64,000 bases of DNA from Bdellovibrionota bacterium (GCA_044356215.1 JBIKWQ010000004.1:1-64000), one strand, 5' to 3'; shown: positions 8,844 through 20,910, counted from the first letter of the stretch. The notes: generated by a model from the letters alone, not told the origin. Numbers and translations: made by a program.

Positions 8844-10727
8844 ATGCTAAGCTTGGAAAGTTTGTTGGCGTCGTTGGTGCTTATACCGGCGGTAGGATCG
8901 GCACTGTCTTACTTGGTCGGAAGGGTTTACCCAGCGTTGGCGGGAGCTGTCGCCTCGCTCGCTGTGATCGCGGCATTTGTCTGCTCACTCGCTTTGTGGA
9001 GCGGGCTGTCCTCTCTCTCAGGAGGAATAACCACTTCGCTTAGCTCATGGCTTACTTTCGGGGATTTTAATGCACCACTAGAGCTTTACTTTGATCAGCT
9101 CTCAGCTGTGATGTGCTTAGTTATCACCGGTATCGGTTCGCTGATTCACATTTATTCCATGGGATACATGGCTCACGATGAGAGTCGTCCACGATTCTTC
9201 GCCTACCTGAACCTTTTCGTGGCGTCGATGTTGGTTCTTGTCTTAGGTAAGTCGTTACCGGTTGTGTTCATTGGATGGGAAGGGGTAGGGCTCTGTTCTT
9301 ATCTGTTGATCGGATTTTGGTTTACCAATCGTGATTACGCAAGCGCTGGTCGTAAGGCTTTTGTGATGAATAGGATCGGCGATGTTGGATTCCTGGTGGC
9401 GATGGCTGTTCTGTTCCGCTATTGCGGGACCCTAGATGTGGTTAGCTTGAATACCCCCGGAGTTTTAGCAAAGCTTCCCGCGGATCTCGGTCTAATCGCT
9501 GGACTCGCGCTGTTTGTAGCGGCTACTGGAAAGTCAGCTCAGCTTCCACTCTTTACATGGCTTCCTGACGCGATGGCCGGTCCCACTCCTGTATCAGCTC
9601 TAATCCATGCGGCGACGATGGTGACGGCTGGCATTTACCTAATGGGACGTATGCACGGGGTAATAGAGCTTGATCCGTTCGTTCCGGCGACGATTATGTG
9701 GGTGGCTATAGCAACGGCGGCTCTGTCAGCAACGGTTGCGCTAGCTCAAAATGACATAAAGAAGGTCTTGGCTTACTCAACAGTAAGTCAACTAGGGTTT
9801 ATGTTTGTGGCGGTAGGAGCTGGATTCTACGCGGTGGCTCTGTTTCATGTGGTAACACACGCTTTCTTTAAAGCGTGTCTTTTTTTGAGCGCTGGTTCAG
9901 TTATTTATGGCTGTCACCACGAGCAGGATATGAGACGAATGGGTGGACTTGCGAAGAAGATGCCACTTACCTGTATCTCATACGGAATAGCCACATTAGC
10001 GATAGCGGGAATAGCGCCACTAGCTGGATACTTCTCAAAGCACGCGATCTTCGAGGCTCTGGCTGAATCGAGCAATGTCTATCTCGCGGCTAGCTTGCCA
10101 ACCCTTAGTTTAGTGGCGACTTTAGTTGCGATATGTACGGCTCTGTACATGGCTCGCTCATTCATTATGACCTTCCTGGGATCGTATCGTGGGACGGAGC
10201 ATCCTCACGAGGCTCCACTTGTGATGACAGCTCCGGTTCTTGTTCTGGCGCTCCTCTCAGTGGTTGGAGGTCTATGGCTACATCACTCTTTACCGGAGTA
10301 TGTAACGGGGCCACTTCCGGCTACGTCGTTACACGCTGAAAGTGATGGCGGGTTGATGTCTTACATCATCGGATCTCTTCCGGGGATCGTAGGTATTGGT
10401 CTGGCTTTGGTGATGTATCTCTTTGTTCCGGCTATCTCTTCCGCAATAAGTTCGGTCGCGTGGCCTCTAGAGCGGCTCTTCGCCGGCAAGTATTTCATCG
10501 ATGAGTTGTACGATCGGTCGATAGTGAGGCCGTTAACCGGCATCTCACAGGCACTCTCACGTGGTATCAATCAGACCTTCGTTGAGGGGAGTGGAAACGC
10601 GGTGGGGATAGTCACGCGCGCCGTAGGCGAGCTTACCTGCCGAGCAACGTCGGGTCAGGTAGCGACTTACGTGTTAATAATGTTTGGAGCGATAGCGTTC
10701 CTACTTAGTGTATTTGTTAAAGTGTGA
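8844..10727 (+). CDS. nuoL: NADH-quinone oxidoreductase subunit L
   Basis: GKSAQLPLFTWLPDAMAGPTPVSALIHAATMV, HAFFKA; alternative start at 8832. Confidence 0.97.
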   Translation: MLSLESLLASLVLIPAVGSALSYLVGRVYPALAGAVASLAVIAAFVCSLALWSGLSSLSGGITTSLSSWLTFGDFNAPLELYFDQLSAVMCLVITGIGSLIHIYSMGYMAHDESRPRFFAYLNLFVASMLVLVLGKSLPVVFIGWEGVGLCSYLLIGFWFTNRDYASAGRKAFVMNRIGDVGFLVAMAVLFRYCGTLDVVSLNTPGVLAKLPADLGLIAGLALFVAATGKSAQLPLFTWLPDAMAGPTPVSALIHAATMVTAGIYLMGRMHGVIELDPFVPATIMWVAIATAALSATVALAQNDIKKVLAYSTVSQLGFMFVAVGAGFYAVALFHVVTHAFFKACLFLSAGSVIYGCHHEQDMRRMGGLAKKMPLTCISYGIATLAIAGIAPLAGYFSKHAIFEALAESSNVYLAASLPTLSLVATLVAICTALYMARSFIMTFLGSYRGTEHPHEAPLVMTAPVLVLALLSVVGGLWLHHSLPEYVTGPLPATSLHAESDGGLMSYIIGSLPGIVGIGLALVMYLFVPAISSAISSVAWPLERLFAGKYFIDELYDRSIVRPLTGISQALSRGINQTFVEGSGNAVGIVTRAVGELTCRATSGQVATYVLIMFGAIAFLLSVFVKV

Positions 10728-10740
10728 GGTAGGGGACGTA

Positions 10741-12384
10741 ATGACTGCAGCATGGCCTCCTTTAAGTTCAACTGTAATTATACCGGCTCTTGCGGCGTTA
10801 ATAGCGCTTGGCCCGTGGTTCGCCAAAGAGCGTGATAATCAGGGACGTTTGTGCCGACTCTGGGCTCTTTTAGGTTCGGTCGCGACATTGGTGATAGTTC
10901 TCGCGATAGGTGTGGCCGGATTAGCCAACCCGCAAGGTTTTTTAAGGATTGAGGAGAGCTATCCGTGGATCCCCTCATGGGGGATTTCGTTTCATCTGAC
11001 ACTAGATGGACTCTCTTTTGTTTTTGCTCTGTTAACCTCAATTATTTCTGTAGCGGTAATCGCGTGGGCTAACAAACCCGCAGCAGCCGGCCCAGCATGG
11101 TACGCTCTGCTTCTATTAGGACAAGCAGCGGTTACTGGGGCTTTCTTAGCCACGGATCTGGTTCTGTTTTATGTGTTTTATGAACTAATGCTAATACCTG
11201 TGCTTGGAGCAATGGTGCTGTGGGGTGGAGGCCGCAAGATGCAGGCGGCTCTTAAATTTCTGCTCTATACGATGGCAGGATCGGTGTTTATGTTTTTAGC
11301 GATCCTGTATCTCGGATGGCAGGGCGTTAGCACGATGCAGCAGCACGCTGGGACATCAGCATTCGCTTTTGAGATTACAACTCTCACCTCTTTACCAAAG
11401 GTTTCATACGGCGAGCAGATCCTGCTCTGTCTCTGCTTCTTAGTAGCTTTTGGTGTGAAGATTCCAGCGGTGCCGCTTCATGGCTGGCTTGCTGATACTT
11501 ATCGTGAAGCTCCATACGGCGTCGCGGCTTTCACGGCGGCGTTGCTTGGAAAGGTTGGTTTGTATGGGATAGTTCGGTTTGTTATGCCGCTTTTCCCCGA
11601 TGCCATGCATACCTTTGGACCTTATATAGCGGCCATCGGCGCGGTGGGAGTTATCTACGGAGGGCTCATAGCGCTTGTTCAGCGAGACGTTCGCTCACTA
11701 TTGGCTTATTCATCCCTGTCGCATTTAGGATTCTGTATTCTTGGAATAGCGGCGGCGAGTGATATGGCGGTGACTGGATCAGTCTTCCAAGCGGTAAGTC
11801 ACGGATTAGTGACGGCGGCTCTCTTCCTAGTTTTCGGTGCTTTAACAGAGAGAGAAGGGGCGAGCGATTTTGAGAGCCTCGGTGGTCTGGCGACAAAGTT
11901 GCCGGTCACAGCTTTCTTCCTGATGGTATTTAGCGTAGCCGCAGTGGCTTTACCGCTAACGAGTAGCTTTGTTGGTGAGTTCTTGATCCTCATCGGCTCC
12001 TGGAAGAGCTATCCGCAGTGGAGTTTGCTGGCGATGTTCGGTGTGATAATCGGCGCGGTCTACACATTGACGGCCTATATGAATACGATGTTCGGTGGTT
12101 GCTCTGAGACGGTTCCACTCAGAAGGAGTGATCTAAGAGGTGCTGAGGTTGTGGTGATGGGAGCCCTCGCTGTAATGGTTTTAGCTTTGGGAATATTTCC
12201 ATCGCGAGTCTTATCTGTTGTTGAATCCTCGGTAAGTTTGAGCACTGATACTGAGGAGAGACATATGCGAGCTTCTCCAAAGCGCGGGTTTATCTCAAAT
12301 GATAAGAAGGCTAAATCGCACGTGCATTCGGTGTCTCTGAATGATGGAGCAGAAGGCTCCGTGAAAGATAGTTCGGAATCTTAA
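10741..12384 (+). CDS. nuoM: NADH-quinone oxidoreductase subunit M
   Basis: FYELMLIP, KIPAVPLHGWL, AYSSLSHLG, SFVGEF; ATG at 10741. Confidence 0.95.
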   Translation: MTAAWPPLSSTVIIPALAALIALGPWFAKERDNQGRLCRLWALLGSVATLVIVLAIGVAGLANPQGFLRIEESYPWIPSWGISFHLTLDGLSFVFALLTSIISVAVIAWANKPAAAGPAWYALLLLGQAAVTGAFLATDLVLFYVFYELMLIPVLGAMVLWGGGRKMQAALKFLLYTMAGSVFMFLAILYLGWQGVSTMQQHAGTSAFAFEITTLTSLPKVSYGEQILLCLCFLVAFGVKIPAVPLHGWLADTYREAPYGVAAFTAALLGKVGLYGIVRFVMPLFPDAMHTFGPYIAAIGAVGVIYGGLIALVQRDVRSLLAYSSLSHLGFCILGIAAASDMAVTGSVFQAVSHGLVTAALFLVFGALTEREGASDFESLGGLATKLPVTAFFLMVFSVAAVALPLTSSFVGEFLILIGSWKSYPQWSLLAMFGVIIGAVYTLTAYMNTMFGGCSETVPLRRSDLRGAEVVVMGALAVMVLALGIFPSRVLSVVESSVSLSTDTEERHMRASPKRGFISNDKKAKSHVHSVSLNDGAEGSVKDSSES

Positions 12385-12401
12385 AGAAGGGTAATAGTAC
12401 T

Positions 12402-13850
12402 ATGAACGCTTTGGCTCCATTCGCTCCGATCTTGGTCCTATCTGTTGGGAGTCTTGGGTATCTTTTGGGTGGTCGGTGGCTCGACGCTATTAAGGCATCG
12501 GCTCTCTTCGCGGTTCTTCTTATAGCGGGAGCGATCTGGTGCGCTTCTGGTTTGGTTGACTCTCCAGCCGCTGCTCCCTATGGGATAGCGGTAAACGCTG
12601 GATCTAAGTTGCTAGCTCTAGTCGCGTGTGTGGCCGGTCTAGTCAGCATAGTAGCGACCTCAGGCTCGCTTGAACGTGAGAAGATCTCAACTGTAAGCGA
12701 GTATTATTACCTGATGGTAACATCGCTCTGCGGCGCTTTAATTATGATCTTCGCCGCAGATTTCTTGACCCTATTTATCGGCGTAGAGGTGGCGTCTTTA
12801 GCGCTGTATTGCTTATGCGCGTCTCGTGTCAACGAGAGCCGATCTTCTGAAGCGGCGATGAAGTACTTTCTCTTAGGGTGTTTTAGTTCTGGATTCCTCC
12901 TATACGGTATCGCTCTTTGGTATGGAGCCACTGGATCACTGGCTTTTGCCAGCGCTAATGCGAGCGGCTCTAGTGCGTCGATTATAGCGCTATCATTCCT
13001 GATGGTATTGGTGGGGATTACATTCAAGATAGGCTTAGCCCCGTTTCATTTCTGGGTACCAGATGTGTACCAAGGCGCTCCAACCTCTGTAACGACCTTT
13101 ATGAGCTGTATCGTTAAGGTAGCCGCGGTAGCGACGTTGATTCGCGTCTGTGTCACAACATTCGGCTTCACTGAACTATGGGCAGTTGGGCCACTCTGGT
13201 TAATCAGCATTTTAGCGATGACGATGGGGAACCTGTCGGCGTTGCGTCAGAGTAGTGTTAAGCGCATGTTGGCTTATTCCAGTGTCGCTCAAGCGGGCTA
13301 CATGCTGATCGGAATAGTTGTAGCAGGAGCGTCCGCTGAATCTCTTGGAGCTACGATATATTATCTTATTTCGTATTGTGCGATGACGATCGGCGCGTTC
13401 GCGACGCTCTCAGCTCTTGGTCCAGATGTTGATGATATTAGGGAGCTTCGTGGGCTTGGCAAGCGTAGTCCTTTCTTGGCGACCTGTATGACTCTTTTCT
13501 TTCTGGCTTTGGCGGGGCTACCGCCTGGCTTAGCGGGATTAATGGGGAAGGTGTACCTTTTTTCATCAGCGCTTTCAGCGGAGTTTTACGGGTTGGCGAT
13601 AATCGCCGCGCTGAATTCAGCTTTAGCGTGCGCGTATTACTTTAGAGTGCCGGTGGCGATCTTCTTTCAGGAAGAAGGGGCGGGGACTGGCGAAGTAGTA
13701 GCTAAACAGCCTAGCGAGATTAAGGTCGCTCCAGAGGCGGGATTGGCGATAGCTCTGTGTGCCGCGGCAGTTGTGCTGTTTGGGCTTTTTCCGGAGCCTT
13801 TGCTGAAAGCGGTTCGGGCCGCAGCGATAGGTATGGGGAATGTACAGTAG
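12402..13850 (+). CDS. nuoN: NADH-quinone oxidoreductase subunit N
   Basis: EAAMKYFLLG, FKIGLAPFHFWVPDVYQGAP, KRMLAYSS. Confidence 0.97.
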   Translation: MNALAPFAPILVLSVGSLGYLLGGRWLDAIKASALFAVLLIAGAIWCASGLVDSPAAAPYGIAVNAGSKLLALVACVAGLVSIVATSGSLEREKISTVSEYYYLMVTSLCGALIMIFAADFLTLFIGVEVASLALYCLCASRVNESRSSEAAMKYFLLGCFSSGFLLYGIALWYGATGSLAFASANASGSSASIIALSFLMVLVGITFKIGLAPFHFWVPDVYQGAPTSVTTFMSCIVKVAAVATLIRVCVTTFGFTELWAVGPLWLISILAMTMGNLSALRQSSVKRMLAYSSVAQAGYMLIGIVVAGASAESLGATIYYLISYCAMTIGAFATLSALGPDVDDIRELRGLGKRSPFLATCMTLFFLALAGLPPGLAGLMGKVYLFSSALSAEFYGLAIIAALNSALACAYYFRVPVAIFFQEEGAGTGEVVAKQPSEIKVAPEAGLAIALCAAAVVLFGLFPEPLLKAVRAAAIGMGNVQ

Positions 13851-13858
13851 GCGTGCTG

Positions 13859-14869
13859 CTAATCGCGCGACTTATCTAAAAACTCTCTTATCTCGCGCGC
13901 CCTATTTTGCGCCGAGTGGTTCTTAAACAATCTCCACTTGCACTCAAACATCTCCGCGATCGTCTCTAAGATCTCACAAACTTTCGCTGTCTCCTCTCCG
14001 GCTACTTCAGCCCCGTGACTCTCTTGTAAACGACTCTCCAGAAGCTTAAGGAGATTCCCTATATCTCTTGGTAATCCTAGCATCTCGAGCTGACAACAGG
14101 CCGCGCCAGTTCCCAGGCTGACCTGAGTTCCGTTGCCGAAGAAATCCCCGACAACAGAGTTAATCTTCGAAAGGTGTCCTAGGATCTCAAAAACAAATCG
14201 GCGTTCTTTGTTGTCGCGAGCTTTTATAATTTCGGTCACTGATTGTTCAGCCTGACCCACTAGGTGAGCTTCTGTGATACCAAAGACATCCACCAAGATA
14301 TTATCGATCTTGCGCTTGCATTGCAGACGGTAACCTAGAGCTGTTTCCCTCTGTTTCTGGGGGAATTTCGCTAATCCGCCGATATGCTCAGGTTGAATCG
14401 TGTTAGCTACAACAGCAAAGCGTTCAAGCGCTCTCTGGTTTTGCGGGGTCAGCTCGAGGGCTCGATCGAAAATACGCGCCGTCCGGTCGATGTCGTACGG
14501 GCGCAATCCGAATTGATACCATCCAACGATCTCAAGAGAGAGCGAGACTAACGAGTGTTGTTGAGGGTCTATTACAGAGGGCCACTCCTCGGTGCGAAGG
14601 TTTTTAATTTGGTCAAAATCTGTGAACCCGTGAAACGACAATATCTTCCAGGCTAGTCTAATAGCGTCGCCAGCGGCCTTTCTGTCGCGTGGGTTCCTCT
14701 CGACTAACTCGAAGAGCTCTCTAAGCTCGCGCATCGCCGCCTCAACCTGCTGTTCAGCTAACCTCGCGGATGCGTAACGGCCACGGTACCCATTCTCGGC
14801 AGGGGATATATGGTCCCTCTGGGGTCCTTTAGGTTCATGTTGTCGAAAATTGTAGGCATCAGATGACAT
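13859..14869 (-). CDS. Hypothetical helical protein, possibly with a TPR-like segment
   Basis: 336-aa ORF filling the gap; ARIFDRALELTPQNQRAL resembles a TPR helix-turn; no family recognised. Confidence 0.7.
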   Translation of the reverse strand: MSSDAYNFRQHEPKGPQRDHISPAENGYRGRYASARLAEQQVEAAMRELRELFELVERNPRDRKAAGDAIRLAWKILSFHGFTDFDQIKNLRTEEWPSVIDPQQHSLVSLSLEIVGWYQFGLRPYDIDRTARIFDRALELTPQNQRALERFAVVANTIQPEHIGGLAKFPQKQRETALGYRLQCKRKIDNILVDVFGITEAHLVGQAEQSVTEIIKARDNKERRFVFEILGHLSKINSVVGDFFGNGTQVSLGTGAACCQLEMLGLPRDIGNLLKLLESRLQESHGAEVAGEETAKVCEILETIAEMFECKWRLFKNHSAQNRAREIREFLDKSRD

Positions 14870-15495
14870 AGCGACTGATGTTACAGCAGATCGAAGCCCA
14901 TTTTCTATATCGAACGACCGTTGACGTGATGTTTATATCCCTGGGTAGCTTGACTCAGCATTTTGGGCATGTTACACCCTTTGTCGCGACGAAGTTCTGC
15001 GTCCGCTTGCGACAAAACGAAGCTTTAAACAGCATCAAAAAGATCAGCAGGCGACTGAATGGAAAGGGAAAACCTTTTCTTTCAGATACTTAAATGTGAT
15101 GCAATGCCGCCCCCGGACGGTACCATCAGAGCAGAAGAGTCGTCAGAAGGTGTCTCGACTTCCCGAGTAGTTGCGCTCGGCTTTTGTGAAACCATTCTGA
15201 CCGGGGGACTCGTAAAATTAAAATACTATTCAGCAGAGGCCTTAGTTGCGGGGTTTTTTGCAAGAAAGTAAGGTTTGTGCGCATTTCGTGTGGCAGGGGA
15301 TCTGTTATTCCTCCCGGAAATGTGATACTCACCGTGCGGCTTTTGGCAGGCGCCTCAAAAGGGTAAGTTCTGATTAGGGCGGAGCGCCTTAAAAGGGAAC
15401 AGGCCAGAAGACGAGTAAGCCGCGATGTCGATCCTGATAAGGGCTCGGTAGCGCGCTAAACAAGTGTTGTTTAACTTAGAGAAACAGGGCTAGAG

Positions 15496-15867
15496 ATGCC
15501 AACGATTAATCAGTTAGTTCGCAGTCGTCGTCGCCAGAAGCGCGCCAAGAGTAAGTCACCGGCGCTCGTACGATGTCCGCAGAAGCGCGGTGTTTGTACA
15601 CGTGTTTACACACAGACACCAAAGAAGCCGAATTCAGCTTTGAGAAAGGTAGCACGTGTGCGCCTGACTACAGGAATGGAGGTAACGAGCTACATTCCTG
15701 GTATCGGTCACAACCTTCAGGAGCACTCAGTTGTTCTTATCCGCGGAGGCCGTGTTAAGGATCTCCCAGGAGTTCGTTATCACATTATTCGCGGAAAGCT
15801 TGAGTCTCACGGCGTAGCTGACCGCAAGCAGGGTAGGTCGAAGTACGGCGCTAAGCGTCCGAAGTAA
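15496..15867 (+). CDS. rpsL: 30S ribosomal protein S12
   Basis: [29 protein letters not shown]. Confidence 0.99.
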   Translation: MPTINQLVRSRRRQKRAKSKSPALVRCPQKRGVCTRVYTQTPKKPNSALRKVARVRLTTGMEVTSYIPGIGHNLQEHSVVLIRGGRVKDLPGVRYHIIRGKLESHGVADRKQGRSKYGAKRPK

Positions 15868-15897
15868 GAGGGCATTGGAATTTTAAGTTTTTCGTAA

Positions 15898-16377
<480 letters not shown>

Positions 16378-16423
16378 AAGCGTAAGCTGGTTGGAAGCTT
16401 TTTGAGTTTGGAGTTCAAGGATC

Positions 16424-18517
16424 GTGGCTAAGAAGGATTTAAGTAAGGTTCGTAACATCGGCATCATGGCCCACATTGATGCCGGTAAGACGACTACTAC
16501 CGAGCGCGTGCTTTTTTACACCGGGATCAATTACAAGATCGGTGAGGTGCACGAGGGCGCGGCCACGATGGATTACATGGAGCTCGAGCAGGAGCGCGGT
16601 ATTACTATTACTTCAGCCGCTACTACATGTAAGTGGAAGGGGTCCAACAGCGAGTTTCCAGAGCATCAGATTAACGTAATCGATACACCAGGCCATGTAG
16701 ACTTCACAATAGAAGTAGAGCGCAGCTTGCGCGTACTTGATGGCGCCGTTGCGGTATTCGATGCTGTAAGCGGTGTAGAGCCTCAGTCAGAGACCGTATG
16801 GCGACAGGCAAACAAGTTTAATGTTCCACGTTGCTGCTTCATTAATAAGATGGATCGCACCGGAGCTGACTTCCATGGAGGAGTTGCCTCTATTCGCGAG
16901 AAGCTCGGAGCTAAGGCGGTGCCCATTCAGCTTCCAATCGGAGCCGAGAGTGAGTTCGCTGGTGTTATCGATCTCGTTGAGATGCGCGCGATCATCTACA
17001 AGGATGAGACAAAGGGCGCTAAGTTCGAGGTAGCTGACGTTCCAGCTGAGATGCGCGCCGAGGCAGAGAAAGCCCGCGAATTCCTTTTAGAGTGTGTGGC
17101 TGAGGCTGACGATGCTCTTATGGAGAAGTATCTTCGTGGAGAAGCCCTCAGTGTAGCTGAGATTAAGTCTGGTCTTCGCAAGGGAACAATCGCGATGAAC
17201 TTCTTCCCAGTACTCTGCGGAAGCGCGTTCAAGAACAAGGGCGTTCAGCCTTTGCTAGATGCGGTAGTTGAGTATTTACCGAGCCCATTAGACATTCCGG
17301 CCGTTAAGGGAACTGACCCAAACAGCAAAGGAGAGGTGGTCATCGAGCGTCAGGCAGATCCAGACGCTCCAGTAGCCGCGTTGGCTTTCAAGATCGTTAC
17401 TGACCCATATGTTGGTATCCTTACGTTCTTCCGCGTGTATTCAGGTACGGTAACAGCGGGAACTTCAATCCTTAACTCAACTCGCGGAAAGCGTGAGCGT
17501 GTCGGACGCGTAGTTCGCATGCATGCAGACAAGCGAGAGGAGGTAAAAGAGGTTGCAGCAGGTGATATCGGAGCAGCAGTGGGTCTTAAGGAGACGATCA
17601 CGGGTGATACGCTCTGTTGTGAGAACAACCCGATCGTTTTAGAGAGTATCCACGCGCCAGCCCCAGTTATCAGCGTAGCGATCGAGCCTAAGACTAAATC
17701 CGATGAGGAGAAGATGGGCTTATCGCTAATGAAGTTAGCGAAAGAGGATCCATCTCTTAAATTGAGTGTTGATAAAGAGTCCGGACAGACGATCATCTCA
17801 GGAATGGGAGAGCTGCACCTTGATATCATCAAGCAGCGCCTCTTCCGCGAGTTCGGAGTCGATTCTACTGTAGGTAAGCCGCAGGTGGCTTACCGCGAGA
17901 CTATTCTTAATAAGGCTGAGGCCGAGTGCAAGTACGCTAAGCAGACCGGTGGTCGCGGACAGTACGGTCACGTACTTCTACGTGTAGAGCCGCTTGAGGC
18001 TGGCAAAGGATTTGAGTTTGTTGATGAGATTAAGGGAGGCGTCATCCCGAAGGAGTACATACCAGCTGTCGAAGACGGAGTAGTCGAGGCCCTCGAAGGG
18101 GGTATCTTGGCTGGATTCCCAGTTATCGATATGCGTGTGACACTTTACTTCGGAAGCTTCCATGAAGTTGACTCGAGTGAGATCGCCTTCAAGATCGCTG
18201 GCTCCATGTGTGTTAAGGATGCTTGCAAGAAGGCGAAGTTACAACTACTTGAGCCGATCATGTCGGTTGAGGTGGTGTGTCCCGATGATTTTATCAGCAA
18301 CATCGTGGGTGACCTGAACCGACGACGCGCAAGAATTCTTGGCATGGAGCCGAGAGCTGGCGCGCAGACGGTGAAGTGTGAGGTTCCTCTGGCCGAGATG
18401 TTCGGCTACTCGACGGATCTCCGCTCAAACTCACAGGGGCGAGCCACCTTTACTATGGAGTATCACCACTACGCTGCCGTGCCGACACACGTCATGGAGA
18501 GTATGGTGAATAAGTGA
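16424..18517 (+). CDS. fusA: Elongation factor G
   Basis: [27 protein letters not shown]. Confidence 0.99.
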   Translation: MAKKDLSKVRNIGIMAHIDAGKTTTTERVLFYTGINYKIGEVHEGAATMDYMELEQERGITITSAATTCKWKGSNSEFPEHQINVIDTPGHVDFTIEVERSLRVLDGAVAVFDAVSGVEPQSETVWRQANKFNVPRCCFINKMDRTGADFHGGVASIREKLGAKAVPIQLPIGAESEFAGVIDLVEMRAIIYKDETKGAKFEVADVPAEMRAEAEKAREFLLECVAEADDALMEKYLRGEALSVAEIKSGLRKGTIAMNFFPVLCGSAFKNKGVQPLLDAVVEYLPSPLDIPAVKGTDPNSKGEVVIERQADPDAPVAALAFKIVTDPYVGILTFFRVYSGTVTAGTSILNSTRGKRERVGRVVRMHADKREEVKEVAAGDIGAAVGLKETITGDTLCCENNPIVLESIHAPAPVISVAIEPKTKSDEEKMGLSLMKLAKEDPSLKLSVDKESGQTIISGMGELHLDIIKQRLFREFGVDSTVGKPQVAYRETILNKAEAECKYAKQTGGRGQYGHVLLRVEPLEAGKGFEFVDEIKGGVIPKEYIPAVEDGVVEALEGGILAGFPVIDMRVTLYFGSFHEVDSSEIAFKIAGSMCVKDACKKAKLQLLEPIMSVEVVCPDDFISNIVGDLNRRRARILGMEPRAGAQTVKCEVPLAEMFGYSTDLRSNSQGRATFTMEYHHYAAVPTHVMESMVNK

Positions 18518-18553
18518 TGTTTTTAATGGTGTCCTAATTAACCGGAGAGAATA

Positions 18554-19750
18554 ATGTCTAACAAGAAATTTGATAGAACCAAACCACACGTTAACGTTGG
18601 TACTATCGGTCACGTTGACCATGGTAAGACCACGACTACAGCCGCGCTCGTTGCCGTTCAAGCGGCTAAGGGCCTAGCGACTGTAAAGTCGTACAAGGAT
18701 ATCGCTAAGGGTGGAACCGTCCGTGACGATTCCAAGACCGTAACGATCGCCAGCGCCCACGTTGAGTACGAGACAGCTAACCGCCACTACGCTCACGTAG
18801 ATTGCCCGGGCCACGCTGACTACGTAAAGAACATGATTACTGGAGCCGCTCAGATGGACGGCGCTATTCTAGTAGTAAGTGCCTCTGATGGTCCTATGCC
18901 TCAGACTCGTGAGCACATCCTCTTGGCTCGCCAGGTAGGAGTTCCGAAGATCGTTGTGTTCCTAAATAAGGTTGACACAGTAGATGATCCTGAGTTGCTT
19001 GATCTCGTAGAGATGGAGGTTCGTGACCTTCTCTCTGAGTATGACTTCCCAGGTGCTGATACCCCAGTTATCCGCGGTAGCGCGCTCAAGGCGCTTCAGG
19101 GTGAGCAGAGCGATATCGGCGTAGGAGCTTTCGACAAGCTTCTCGCTACTATCGACGAGTACATCCCTGTACCACAGCGTGATATCGATAAGCCGTTCCT
19201 AATGCCAGTTGAGGATGTATTCTCAATCGCTGGTCGTGGAACAGTAGCTACAGGACGTATTGAGCGTGGTCGTATCAAGGTTGGTGAGGAAGTTGAGATC
19301 GTTGGTCTCCGCGACACAACCAAGACTATTGTTACGGGCGTTGAGATGTTCAAGAAGCTTCTCGATGAGGGACATGCTGGCGACAACGTTGGTTGTCTCC
19401 TCCGTGGTCTTAAGCGTGATGATGTTGAGCGTGGTCAGGTCCTTTGCGTGCCTGGCAGCGTAAAGCCGCACAAGAAGTTCAAGGCTGAGGCTTACATCCT
19501 TAAGAAGGAAGAGGGTGGACGTCATAAGCCATTCTTCTCCGGATACCGTCCACAGTTCTTCTTCAGAACAACAGACGTAACCGGTTCCATCAAGCTCCCA
19601 GACGGAGTTGAGATGGCGATGCCAGGCGATCATATCAACTTAGATGTTGAGCTGTATCAGCCAATCGGTATCGAGAAGACTCTCCGTTTCGCTATCCGTG
19701 AGGGTGGTAGGACGGTAGGTTCAGGTGTAGTTACCGACATCATCGAGTAG
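18554..19750 (+). CDS. tuf: Elongation factor Tu with atypical switch-I region
   Basis: [43 protein letters not shown]. Confidence 0.99.
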   Translation: MSNKKFDRTKPHVNVGTIGHVDHGKTTTTAALVAVQAAKGLATVKSYKDIAKGGTVRDDSKTVTIASAHVEYETANRHYAHVDCPGHADYVKNMITGAAQMDGAILVVSASDGPMPQTREHILLARQVGVPKIVVFLNKVDTVDDPELLDLVEMEVRDLLSEYDFPGADTPVIRGSALKALQGEQSDIGVGAFDKLLATIDEYIPVPQRDIDKPFLMPVEDVFSIAGRGTVATGRIERGRIKVGEEVEIVGLRDTTKTIVTGVEMFKKLLDEGHAGDNVGCLLRGLKRDDVERGQVLCVPGSVKPHKKFKAEAYILKKEEGGRHKPFFSGYRPQFFFRTTDVTGSIKLPDGVEMAMPGDHINLDVELYQPIGIEKTLRFAIREGGRTVGSGVVTDIIE

Positions 19751-19763
19751 TAATACCGATGCG

Positions 19764-19799
19764 AGCCGCGGCGGCTCTAAAATTCCGCCGCGGCTTTTT
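19764..19799 (+). terminator. Rho-independent terminator after tuf
   Basis: 11-bp stem AGCCGCGGCGG/CCGCCGCGGCT followed by a T-run. Confidence 0.85.
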
Positions 19800-19864
19800 G
19801 ATCTGTTTTAAACAAGGTTTTTTAGATCGCTGATTTTCTAAATTCGAAAGTGTGAGGGTGAGCC

Positions 19865-20179
<315 letters not shown>

Positions 20180-20221
20180 TAACGACGAATCGCTAAAGTT
20201 TAAACGAGGGGGGACCTCTTC

Positions 20222-20887
20222 ATGACTACGTCAAAACATTATCCAGAAGGACTTCTAGGAAAGAAATTGGGAATGACCCAAGTCTTTACCCCAGAGGGCC
20301 AGAGTATCCCAGTTACGATTATCCAGGCTGGCCCGTGCTACGTGTTGGATGTTCGTGGACAGGATGTTCACGGCTACAACGCTGTGCAGTTCGGCTTCGA
20401 GCCAAAGAAAGGGCAGCGCTGCACTAAAGCGGAGCTAGGCCAGTTCAAGAAGGCCGCTCAGGGCGCTTTCTACCACGTTAAAGAGGTCCGCTGTGACGCG
20501 CAGGGGCTTGGCTGGAACGAGGTAGGCAAAGAAATTACCGTGTCCGATGTATTCAAGGACGGGGAGACAGTTGATGTTTCCGGTGTGTCGATAGGTCGCG
20601 GATTCCAGGGAGTTGTTCGCCGTCACGGAATGAAGGGACAGCCAATGACACGTGGTACTCACGAAGTTCGTCGTCACGTTGGAGCGATCGGTTGCCGTAA
20701 GTTCCCAGGACGTGTTTTTAAGGGACAGAGGATGCCGGGTCGCATGGGTGGTGAGAACGTAACTGTTCAGAACCTCATGGTGGTAGGTGTTCGTCCAGAA
20801 GAGAATATAATCCTTATCAAGGGTGGTATACCTGGCGCTCGCGGAAGCTTAGTTGTGATCCGCAAGGCGATTAAGGGTGGGAAATAA
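20222..20887 (+). CDS. rplC: 50S ribosomal protein L3
   Basis: GKKLGMTQVF, GRGFQGVVRRH, RMPGRMG. Confidence 0.98.
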   Translation: MTTSKHYPEGLLGKKLGMTQVFTPEGQSIPVTIIQAGPCYVLDVRGQDVHGYNAVQFGFEPKKGQRCTKAELGQFKKAAQGAFYHVKEVRCDAQGLGWNEVGKEITVSDVFKDGETVDVSGVSIGRGFQGVVRRHGMKGQPMTRGTHEVRRHVGAIGCRKFPGRVFKGQRMPGRMGGENVTVQNLMVVGVRPEENIILIKGGIPGARGSLVVIRKAIKGGK

Positions 20888-20910
20888 CAGGGGGCAGAGG
20901 AGGTATTACT

